Made by a program: the position numbers and the translations under genes. Below are positions 49,297 to 60,058 of a stretch of 64,000 nucleotides of DNA, in pieces. Location: NCBI GenBank assembly GCA_051530055.1, contig CM121343.1, forward strand, positions 7,504,044-7,568,043. The letters run 5' to 3'. Each line of letters begins with the position of its first letter. The first letter of the stretch is position 1. The notes under the pieces were generated by a model. That model saw only the letters and a list, made by a program, of their open reading frames with translations, was not told the DNA's origin and did not search any database. This stretch comes from Neoechinorhynchus agilis. Lineage: Eukaryota; Animalia; Acanthocephala.

Positions 49297-49806
49297 TTCT
49301 TTGTATGATGTCGTTTCTGCATGGAATGTTGTGTCATTTTCAACAGCAAGAAGGCTTATACTACACGAGGAAAAGATGACCCTTTTTATCCAATGATTCT
49401 GACGATGTTTTCACGTCCAAAACCTCATCGATTAACTCAGTGAGTGCAGAACGTTTGAAAGGAAACGTTTTTTGCGATGCATTCCCTGAGATGCATCGCT
49501 GTTTAAATATAATCGAACGAGCGACCAACTCAATTCGAAATCTGCTTAATGACTCAACGAGTTTTTAGCCTTGGACCTGGACTTAAAAACCCTTCAATCC
49601 GTGTTATCTTCTGCCCGGTGTCTTTAAAATTTACACTAAAAACGATATCCTCAGTTGCTGAGAAAAGAAGAACTTATTACACCGGATTTTGCATTGTGTT
49701 ATAAAGTGTGAGCGGTAAGTGATTCTGAAACGCATCGTAATTCGAATTAATTTCCAAACGAAACCTGATTCATTGCTCTTTAAGGCGAGAATGCCAAAAA
49801 AAGCCT

Positions 49807-50784
49807 CTACCGTTGCATTCCAACCCGAGAGCGCTTATCCCGGATTCTATTGCGGTTCATATGTGCTTCTTCGATGACATCAATACATTGCTGCGATCGA
49901 TTTTTGACAGCAAAATCATAAGCGGTAAGTTGATGATTGTCTTTGGCGTTTAGTGATGCTCCCCATGACAATAAAGCCCTACACATCCTAGGTTTTGATT
50001 TCCCGGCTGCTATCATGAGTGGTGTCCGTCCTTTACTGTTGGGTTCATTAACATAAGCTCCGTGCTGGATAAGAGTCGTCAGGCATCTTACGCTATCACG
50101 TTGACCGTACGCCAACCAATGCAGAACATTATTTCGTTCTAACGACTTTGCATGAACGTTGGCTCCTTTGGCTAGCAGAAGACTGATTATCGGGAGATTA
50201 CACGTTCCCGTGGCGAGTAAAATAGGAGTAAATCCACATAGCTCGTCCTTATAATTGACGCTAGCTCCGTATCTAATGAGCAGCTCAGTAATGGGAAGAT
50301 TTTCGTTGCGTATCGCATACATTAAAGGTGTCTCGATTGAAGTGTGCCGGATTCCATCCGTAAATCCCACGCTGTCAACGTATGCGGGCGTATCGACCCT
50401 AGCTGATGAATTTAATAGTTCCATTACGATTTCGATGACATGATCACGGTTTGTGGCTTTGCACTTAACTGCATGATGTAATGCTGTCATTCCATCGACT
50501 TTGTTCTGACTGTTGACACTTGCCTTAAGCCGAAGCAACTCTCGAACTGTATCCAAGTAGCCAACAGAAGCCGCCAATGTTAAAGCAGTGTGACCATCTC
50601 TAGTTATCTCGATTTCCAGTAATTCTGAATGCTTCTCGATCAACCACCTAACTTTATCTACGTCATCGGAGTGAATCGCATTTGCCACTTGGCGAATCGA
50701 TTTAATCAGTCGAAGACGACGGAGGGAGTTTATTATTAATTTAGCAGACGACTGGTCTTCGTCCACATCATCAGAATTTGCCAT
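49807..50784 (-). CDS. Ankyrin-repeat protein, 325 aa, single exon
   Basis: Repeated G.TALTLAA, G.TALHHAV, TPLMYA, G.TPILLA, GRTPLMIAA and LLSWGASLNAKD. Confidence 0.9.
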   Translation of the reverse strand: MANSDDVDEDQSSAKLIINSLRRLRLIKSIRQVANAIHSDDVDKVRWLIEKHSELLEIEITRDGHTALTLAASVGYLDTVRELLRLKASVNSQNKVDGMTALHHAVKCKATNRDHVIEIVMELLNSSARVDTPAYVDSVGFTDGIRHTSIETPLMYAIRNENLPITELLIRYGASVNYKDELCGFTPILLATGTCNLPIISLLLAKGANVHAKSLERNNVLHWLAYGQRDSVRCLTTLIQHGAYVNEPNSKGRTPLMIAAGKSKPRMCRALLSWGASLNAKDNHQLTAYDFAVKNRSQQCIDVIEEAHMNRNRIRDKRSRVGMQR

Positions 50785-51694
50785 ACTTAAAAGAAACAGT
50801 GCCTAAACTTACGCTTAGAAAAAGAAAACGTGAGTAATCCGGTTGCTAGCTTACAATTCTCACATTTTTCGTAGGCGTGTTAACATTGAGCGCTCGATAA
50901 CATTTGTAGTTCTGAGAGAATAACTCATTGAATTCATATTCAATGACATTCGCCATTATTTAGAAAACGAACATACCACGAGAGGAACCAGCTTGTCTTA
51001 TCTCAACCAATCGGCGTGCTCAAAAAATCACGATCAAGACTATTGGAAAAGTCAAAACCTACGAACTCTGCTCATTACTTCGAAGAATGCGGTCTGCGGA
51101 ATTGTGCATCTTACTATCGAAATCCCGCCATTTGACTTGCTGTGAAAATCTAGGATTTTGAGCAGATAAAACAATTGGTGACAATTTCAAAAGAAATAAC
51201 ATGAAATGATGCCGTGCTGAAAAAATATTGAGCGAGAATCCCAAAATCAACATTCCCTGACATTTAACAAAAATTAGCCTCAGATCCATCGATAGCAACA
51301 CAAATTACATGGTTAGAGTAATAGATGCAAAATGGCACTTGAAAGCGGAAGATCAGTTCTCAAGAGTTTATTCGTTTTGCAAAATTAATAATTTTTGAGG
51401 CGGGATAAAAAATTGAAAGTATAATAACGACTTTTTTAATACACAACGAGATATGAAAAATGACCTTTACGCAAAATTTGAAGTGTTGATATGTGAAGTG
51501 GAGGGGAATGTGATTGGAATTATTGTTTAGGTCTACACCCGCCGTAAATGATTATTTCGATTAAAGACATTCTGCGAACCTCTTAAGGGGTGCATCATCA
51601 GTTTGTTTGTTACAAATAAACGCAACAAAGAAACTGATGATGAATCCAGCGAGGTTCGCAGAACGTCGCGGTTGAAGACTTCTCAGCAATAATT

Positions 51695-52249
51695 CCAAAA
51701 TTTGAAGTAATTTATAGAATCCGATATTTCGGCACATTTGTGTACCTTTATCAAGGTCCAAAATACACACCTAGGAAATGGATATTCACACTCCTCTTAA
51801 GTTAAGCTTGAAGTCTACCTCATTCCCTTCTATTGTTTCAACCTGTCCCCAAAATTTGAAGTAATTTATAGAATCCGATATTTCGGCACATTTGTGTACC
51901 TTTTTCAAGGTCCAAAATACACACCTAGGAAATGGATATTCACACTCCCTTAAGTTAAGCTTGAAGTCTACCTCATTCCCTTTTATTGTTTCAACTTGTC
52001 CCCAAAATTTGAAGTAATTTATAGAATCCGATATTTCGGCACATTTGAGTACTTTTTCAAGGTCCAAAATACACACCTAGGAAACGGATATTCACACTCC
52101 TCTTAAGTTAAGCTTGAAGTCTACCTCATTCCCTTTTATTGTTTCAACCTGTCCCCAAAATTTGAAGTAATTTATAGAATCCGATATTTCGGCACATTTG
52201 TGTACCTTTATCAAGGTCCAAAATACACACCTAGGAAATGGATATTCAC
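51695..52249 (-). repeat. 153-154-bp tandem array (about 3.6 copies), each unit with a U3-A8 hammerhead-like motif
   Basis: Unit period of 153-154 bp. On the minus strand: cc-TTGA(T/A)AA-A-GGTAC/ACAAAT/GTGCC-GAAA-TA-T-C-gg at 51721-51758, 51875-51912, 52028-52064 and 52181-52218. Confidence 0.85.
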
Positions 52250-52250
52250 A

Positions 52251-53460
52251 ACATGAACAATTCAATCTTCAAACACAAAAGTATACATTAATATATGGTC
52301 CTTCGGCAAACAACAATGAATTATCTTTTCAACAATTTTTTATTGGGCACACAGCCCACCGATATGATTCAAGGAAGATAATAAAATAAATTAATACTCT
52401 GAACCATGCGGTTACGAGACGATACAAATTAACGATCGCCGATGACGCACAACCAAAGGGACGAAATACCTTATTGAAAGAAGGAAACTCACTGATGAAT
52501 CCCGTTTTCTCGGGAGATATCTGAGAATCCGGAGGGATTTATGCAAACTCATAACTGTATGGTTCATGATATTACATGATTTTATGATCTTCCTTGAACC
52601 ACATCGGCGGGCTGCGTGCCCAAGGAACAAAATTACCATCCCTGAAAAAAGCATCATTTCAAACATCGGTTTCGTTGAGCGCATTGCTCTCTCCTGATTC
52701 CAAGTGGAAATCAAAAAATTAATTATAGCTAATCCCGATCTACAAAAGTTCAGCGTCCACAGATTGGTTCCGTGGGCAGCAACAATTTCTCAAAGGAAAT
52801 GAAAAAGGCGATGGCGATAAGATCATCAATAATCGAAGAAAATGCACGAAATAATGAACTTGCTAGAATTTATGAAAAGTAACCTTTAGGACATCTTGAA
52901 AACGAGGAAAATAAGAAATGGGACTACGGACTTGCGATTATTTTAATGATTGCAATAAAATATATTAACGATCATCAATACATCAAACTTCATTGCTGAA
53001 TTCGCATAATATCGCGTAGACAAAAAAATTGACAATGCCGAGATACATGAAATCGAATATATTTTAATTTCAGACGTAAACTAACGGTACAGTAAATTTC
53101 GACCTTTAATATACAAAAGAGTTCCATGGCCTTGTTTTTCTCGTGCAAGATGATCTTTGCAAATCGAGGTGGGTATTTGTGACATTAAATTGGAGATCGT
53201 TATAAATAAAAAAAATCCATCTAAGAGCAATCGAAAAAGCATCCGCGGCCAAATGCCTTCTCAGGCGTCCATCGCAGTAAGCAACATTCCCTATTCTCTC
53301 GAAATCCCTGGAGGTGCAGCCAGTGCAGCGGAAGGGAGGAAGGTGATGATAAAAGGAGACTTCAACTAATCACAAGCCAAAGAAACATTTGTGTATTCCC
53401 CTGATTATGGAAATTACAGGAATTTCAAAAGAGTCGTTTCACACGTTTGATTTACCTTTT
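52251..53460. repeat. Recent direct duplication, copy 1 (copy 2 at 60059-61686)
   Basis: Near-identical sequence. Copy 1 lacks about 420 bp (the CRE 3' end, 61150-61569 in copy 2). Confidence 0.95.
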
Positions 53461-53639
53461 TTTCGACTCAGGGTGACTATGTAGTTCTGATGCAATTGGT
53501 TTAGCTTTATGCCTAAAAAATAAGCCGGAAAAGAAGGGACCAACTATAAATTTAACAATGAAAACAAAACCGGCTTGCCAGTAAAACTTAAAAAATTAAA
53601 AAAAATAGTTGGTATTTCCTCAGAATCATTTAAAGTTAT

Positions 53640-53900
53640 AATATCCGAGAAGATTGGGCAGCATGGAAAAAGGAACGTAGGTATAGGGAGATGCGAGGTA
53701 CAGAATGGTGAAACGAATTAGGATTACGAGTGTTGCGCTCGTTTGAAAAGGGGGCGATGTGTGGCAGAAATTGTGGTGGTAAGACGAAAATAGCATCAAG
53801 GCATTCGGTGAGAGGGGGAAGGTCGGCTGTGCAAATTTTAGATGCTTCAAAACGACGGGTTTGAGATTTGGAAAGGTTTTTAAAATACGGGATAACCGTA
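53640..53900 (-). mobile_element. Possible 3' fragment of a non-LTR retrotransposon ORF2
   Basis: NTRNPNSFHHSVPRISLYLRSFFHAA resembles the C-terminal ..R....SFF.. tail of jockey/CR1-type ORF2. Confidence 0.35.
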
Positions 53901-55029
53901 GGTGAGTTTGTAGAGATCGGGTGAAGGGATTCCTAAATTGTACGTTGGCGAATCCTGTCCCTGGTTTTATTGATACTCATTAATTTATTTGAGAAATATT
54001 TCACAAGGTTTTCCTTGCCGCTTCAGTCACTATCTAAAAAGGAGACGATATATACAGCATGCACAGCAAGTCATGTCTGTATGTAGCTCAGATCCGCGGT
54101 TTTGTTAATACCCGAAGTGTGGGGTCGCACACACCTCCTGCGGTTTGTTACCGACTAATTGGTTCGTCATACTACGCAACTTTGATAGCACCAGAGTGTG
54201 GTTTGATTTGTTGCCTTCCATCGTCGGATTTCCCCGGATGTAATTGGCCTCAATGATCAGTCTTCTTCTTGGATCCGGTTTACTGGATAAGAATGCCGCC
54301 TTTTCAAAATCCACCTTGTGCTGGATTGTTTGCTGATGGTTCGAGATTGTTGAGGATTTGTCGAAAGTCCTTCAAGCCTGTTTATGCTGCGAGATCCGTT
54401 TCTTGATCCCTTGCATAGTTTGTCTAATGTAGACACTTGAGCATTTTGCATACGGAATTTTGTAGATCCCTGATTTGGTCTCTTGTTTGTTTTTCCTCTT
54501 GAGAATACCAGCAATCGATGCGCCCCGTTTATTGTAAATCGAAAGATTTATAGCGAGGTACTTGAGACGCCTCAGTTTTCTGGTCTCTGTGCCATTTATG
54601 TGGTGAGAGCCAGTGTATTTGGGGGAGATGCTTGTAGTATCCCTCTTCTTGCGATGGCCGCTATGTGTTGCCTTTTTCAGACTGATTTTGATGGCATATT
54701 CAGGGAAGCCTCGTGATCTGAGAACTTTGGTGATACTTTGTTTTTCTTCTTCTCAATCCCTGCTTTCTGAAGAAATCATCCTGGCCCTCTTGAAGTAGGA
54801 CGTTGCCGCTCTTATTTTATAGTGCAACGGTTGGTGGCTCGACCAGTGAGGTGGACCCAATGGTATACCTGGTTTGCGGTAGAGCTGTGTTTTGATGTTG
54901 CCTTTATCATCGTGTTTTATCCTTACGTCCAAAAAGGAGATAGCCTCCTCTTCATCTTCCTGAGTCATTGACCACTGGATGTTTGGATCCTCCATGTTGA
55001 GTGGAATGCTTAGGTCTCCCATGTTCGTC

Positions 55030-55030
<1 letters not shown>

Positions 55031-55117
<87 letters not shown>
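55031..55117. repeat. (CAT)29 microsatellite inside the PLE RT
   Basis: Pure trinucleotide run a few codons after YVDD. Confidence 0.97.
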
Positions 55118-55934
55118 TCATCATCAGTGACTATGAACACGTCGTCAACATAGCGATACCACTTTTTGATGTTGCGTTGCTTCTTCAAGAAGTTGTTTTC
55201 CCATCTTCTCATGTAGAGATCAGCTAGAGTGGGTGCTAGAGGTGAACCCATTGCAACTCCGTCGCGTTGTTCATAGAAAACTTGATCGAATTCAAAAAAG
55301 GTCTTGCATGTGCACCACTGCAGTAGAGTTATCCACGTTTTATGATCAAGGCGCGGTTCTTCGCATTGATTGTGTAGAAGTTCAGCTGCTATGGAAATTG
55401 TCTCTTGGAGTGGAATGTTGGTAAATAAGGACGTTACGTCGGCCGTGAAGAATTTGCACTGTTCATACTTTTCCAGTCGCATTCGGGTTGCAAAGGAAGG
55501 GCCGTCAGCTATGTATGACGGAGCGTTCGGCATGACGCTTCTTATTAGTGCATTGATTCTACGGGCCAAACGATGATTGAAGGCATTGTAGCTGGCTATT
55601 ATTGGTCGGTATTGTATCGTTGGTTTGTGTATTTTGGGGGAAAGATACAAGAAGGAAGCTCTGGCTGTAGAAGACCTCGTCTGTTGATGAAAGTGCTCAC
55701 TGATCGAGTTATTTTTCCGTAGAGTCCTCAAGAATGCATTTAGTTGTGTCTCCTGTTTTTCTGTTGGATTGGAACTGAGTTTGACGAACTTGCCAGAGTC
55801 CAGCAGACTGTGGGCCGCATCGGTATACTCTTCAGTATCTACTGCCCCTTGTTTCCGGCTCTCGCGATCATATCATATTCTGCTGCTTCACAGGTAAGGT
55901 TTGGAGGCATGCTGTCTATGTCCTCCATTTTAGA

Positions 55935-55974
55935 TAGACTGAAGAGGCAAGGAAAACCTTGCGAAATATTTCTA
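55935..55974 (+). ncRNA. Candidate minimal hammerhead ribozyme (family A) in the PLE arm
   Basis: taga-CTGAAGA-G-GCAAGG/AAAA/CCTTGC-GAAA-TA-T-T-tcta; stem I taga/tcta. Confidence 0.7.
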
Positions 55975-56288
55975 AAATAAATGAGTAACGAAAACACCGA
56001 GGAAAGGATTCGCCGACGCACAATCAAATTCCTTTTTTTGTCGATGATTAGAAGTGTTAGTTAGATTTTTACCCTTTAAAGAATTATTTTTATTAAAGAC
56101 GTTTCGAATATCGTGCTAACAAACTGATGATGAACGTGGCGAAGTTCTAAACGTCTTTAAGAAGAAATTCTTTACCCGATGAAGAACAAATTAAAACTTC
56201 TAATCCTTTTTGCTTATGCGGAAAGAAATTTTAAGTGAAACCCTCGATTTATCTTCCGCTAAAATTCGACTTTATTGCTTTCCAAAGC

Positions 56289-57567
56289 TCAATACTGACA
56301 CTTGTGAACTGCTTGTCTTCCTCTTTCCTCATAGTCTACCTTACGCACCCACTTTTCCTGAAGTCCACTGAGTGATGATAGTATTGATGCCCCTATGTAA
56401 CTACAGTAGGGACGCTCGAAAAAGCGTGGCATCTGAGAGACTCTGGCCCTGAAACTTTCTGGCATTTTTCTTGCAATTTCATTCGAAAGTCGATCATCAA
56501 AGGAAGGAATTTCACTAGGTCCACCAGTGCATATGATATTGCCCATAAGCGTATCTATCAAGTTAGTATCGCATTTCTTTATTGAAGCGGCGATTGTCCG
56601 TGTCAACGAGTAGCTTGGATGTTGTACGTCAAAAATTCGCGGATTAAAGAGCGCTTCCGGATAACGGAATCTTTCCTCACGAAATTCGCGCATGAATCCA
56701 TTGGGATACGCGAAAGGACGCGCAGGCAGTTGCTCGAGTTCGCCAGGACGATAAGTACAATCGGTGTTGACCTCGAATAACAATTTCATCATATACGTCA
56801 AGAGTTCATCCTCGAAGAATCGCAAATGCGAGCTGGTTAATCCTTCAGTATTCCTTTCACGAAACCTAGGGGCAATGAAAGATTGTGAAATTGAGTTCGA
56901 AAGTGCAACCTTACTCAACTTCACTTTAATGCTTCCTTGATTCGATTATATGAAACGGTTTTAAATGCACAGGTGCAGTATTCTCCCGCAATTTCTCCAT
57001 CAAAAATCGACCGGCAATTGGTGATGTTGCAATTGAAGGTTTAATTGTAATGCCGTCCATCACAGCGCAAACCACACTTTTATCATGGCCAATGTCAACA
57101 ACGAGTCCTGATGTTTTATGGTTGGCGATAAGTGCAAGGAAGGATGTTTTAACTACAAATATTGCAGGAACATTGAATTTCTCAAACATTAATTCACACA
57201 GACGTTCTCGTTCTCTTAGAGTATTCAGTGGACTGTCAGATATTAGAACAGCATATTCTTTACTAGGATGATAATAACAATTTGAGTATGCATACTCAAT
57301 CATGCTTTCATACGCGTCCCAATCTTCAATCTTTCCGTCTATTATAATCCTCTTAAGATCCAAACCGGACTGAATGGCATTGAGAGAGTCTTCGCCGATC
57401 AAAGGTTTATCATCATTTCCAAATTTTCCAATAAGTGTCGGAAATTTAAGACTCGGAAAGTTAGTTGCCGAATAACCAAAATGTGCATTAAATCCGCCAA
57501 TGTTGAAAACAATTACGTCCTCAAAATCGTCCGTTAAAAACATGGAAGCGTTACGGGCAGTCGTCAT
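56289..57567 (-). CDS. ACTL6A: Actin-related protein 4 (ACTL6/BAF53), two exons, junction near 56866-56931
   Basis: VFNIGGFNAHFGYS..FPTLIG, VLISDSPLNT..RERLCELMFEKFNVPAIF, ERFRYPEALFNP, GNIICTGG and SYIGASILSSL..WVRKVDYEERG. Confidence 0.88.
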
Positions 57568-57764
57568 ATCTATAACGTGAAGAAGATAATCGTTTAAGAA
57601 ATAGTTTGAAAAACATCTTAAACACTTGGAAAAAAATTTTAATGAAGAAATCGCTTAAGAGAATAACAAACAAAGATAGCAAAATCAAAATATCAAAACG
57701 GAACTTCGATGGTGCAATTGTGGACGAATGTATTTACACGATCTCCAATAATATCAAGAGACGA

Positions 57765-59779
57765 TCCATCCAGTGGATGACCTTCATTAATAATTGACAG
57801 CGACAGAAGGTCACTTTTTATATTAGGTCACTTCGACAAATTGGAAGAATGTTGGATTTACGCTCTTACGTTCAAAAATTTAGAACTTATCAAATTCTTT
57901 ATATTTGATTTGTTTTTCACGGTTGATTTTAAAGATCTAATTGGTGATTAATCGTTGATCGAATTTTCTGTCCAACCATCTTAAGGTGATCACTAATTTA
58001 AAAAAACACCGATTTAGGCATATTCGTGGCGTAGAGCAAAGCTGAAACCCCGTTTCCCAAGGAACTAATAACTGTAATTTAGTATCGAATGTATTGATTG
58101 GTATCTTCGGCGGAGTCATGACGTCAATCGTTGATTTTGTAATTAAACTCTGAGATGGCTTTTATTACATTTCACCAACCAACCTTTGCGGCTCAACCAT
58201 AGAAACGAAATTATCCATCCAGTGGATAAGTTTCGTTAATGAATAATTGACAACGACAGAAGGTCACTTTTTATATTACGTCACTTCGACAAATTGGAAG
58301 AATGTTGGATTTACGCTCTTACGTTCAAAAATTTAGAATTTCACAAATTTTTTATATTTGATTTGTTTTTCACGGTTGATTTTAAAGATCTAATTGGTGA
58401 TTAATCGTTGATCGAATTTTCTGTCCAACCATCTTAAGGTGATCACTAATTTAAAAAAACACCGATTTAGGCATATTCGTGGCGTAGAGCAACGCTCAAA
58501 CCCCGTTTCCCAAGGAACTAATAACTGTAATTTAGTATCGAATGTATTGATTGGTATCTTCGGCGGAGTCATGACGTCAATCGTTGATTTTGTAATTAAA
58601 CTCTGAGATGGCTTTTATTACATTTCACCAACCAACCTTTGCGGCTCAACCATAGAAACGAAATTATCCATCCAGTGGATAAGTTTCGTTAATGAATAAT
58701 TGACAACGACAGAAGGTCACTTTTTATATTACGTCACTTCGACAAATTGGAAGAATGTTGGATTTACGCTCTTACGTTCAAAAATTTAGAATTTCACAAA
58801 TTTTTTATATTTGATTTGTTTTTCACGGTTGATTTTAAAGATCTAATTGGTGATTAATCGTTGATCGAATTTTCTGTCCAACCATCTTAAGGTGATCACT
58901 AATTTAAAAAAACACCGATTTAGGCATATTCGTGGCGTAGAGCAAAGCTGAAACCCTGTTTCCCAAGGAACTAATAACTGTAATTTAGTATCGAATGTAT
59001 TGATTGGTATCTTCGGCGGAGTCATGACGTCAATCGTTGATTTTGTAACTAAACTCTGAGATGGCTTTTATTACATTTCACCAACCAACCTTTGCGGCTC
59101 AACCATAGAAACGAAATTATCCATCCAGTGGATAAGTTTCGTTAATGAATAATTGACAACGACAGAAGGTCACTTTTTATATTACGTCACTTCGACAAAT
59201 TGGAAGAATGTTGGATTTACGCTCTTACGTTCAAAAATTTAGAATTTCACAAATTCTTTATATTTGATTTGTTTTTCACGGTTGATTTTAAAGATCTAAT
59301 TGGTGATTAATCGTTGATCGAATTTTCTGTCCAACCATCTTAAGGTGATCACTAATTTAAAAAAACACCGATTTAGGCATATTCGTGGCGTAGAGCAACG
59401 CTCAAACCCCGTTTCCAAGGAACTAATAACTGTAATTTAGTATCGAATGTATTGATTGGTATCTTCGGCGGAGTCATGACGTCAATCGTTGATTTTGTAA
59501 CTAAACTCTGAGATGGCTTTTATTACATTTCACCAACCAACCTTTGCGGCTCAACCATAGAAACGAAATTATCCATCCAGTGGATAAGTTTCGTTAATGA
59601 ATAATTGACAGCGACAGAAGGTCACTTTTTATATTACGTCACTTCGACAAATTGGAAGAATGTTGGATTTACGCTCTTACGTTCAAAAATTAAGAATTTC
59701 ACAAATTCTTTATATTTGATTTGTTTTTCACGGTTGATTTTAAGGATCTAATTGGTGATTAATCGTTGATCGAATTTTT
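57765..59779. repeat. Tandem array, 453-bp unit, about 4.4 copies
   Basis: Identical ORF-track peptides at 57937, 58390 and 58843 show the 453-bp period. Each unit has the hairpin aacgaaattatcca/tggataagtttcgtt. Confidence 0.97.
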
Positions 59780-60055
59780 TGTCTCTCACAAGCTCCCTGC
59801 CAATCGCCGTTCTATGATTAATCGCATCCCATTTCTCAGCTTTTTTAAGAAATGGTCTTAGAGAATTCACCATTGCTGGCGTCTATCGCCATTCTGCCTC
59901 TCGTCCTGACTGCTCTTGGCTCCAAATTGACTGTATGATGGACCCCATAAACTCCACAAATTCACATTATTTCCTAATTGCAAGGGACTTCAATAAACTA
60001 TTTCCTCTCGCACCCTTCTCCGAGTTGCATCCACTATCAATTGTTGCACCATTTA
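59780..60055 (+). mobile_element. APE-type endonuclease fragment of a non-LTR retrotransposon
   Basis: FTIAGVYRH...HYFLIARDFN matches the xxGVYR...GDFN motifs. Confidence 0.6.
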
Positions 60056-60058
60056 AAA

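Larger units (their letters stand above)
53939..56022 (-). mobile_element. Penelope-like element (RT and GIY-YIG), decayed, flanked by inverted hammerhead-bearing arms
   Basis: LSPKIHKP..YRPII, DVTSLFTNIP, QRDGVAMGSPLAPTLADLYM, YRYVDDVF, ISFLDV..LYRKP and SGIYKIPYAKCSSVYIRQT..RISQHK. Arms at 53939-54080 and 55880-56022 are imperfect inverted repeats. Confidence 0.92.

Noticed and set aside
54753-55227. Poly-Asp and poly-Ser proteins
   Set aside because: Translations of the (CAT)n microsatellite.
57606-57797. MKKSLKRI.. start resembling an E2 ubiquitin-conjugating enzyme
   Set aside because: No HPN/catalytic Cys motif; the frame runs into the 453-bp array and stops.
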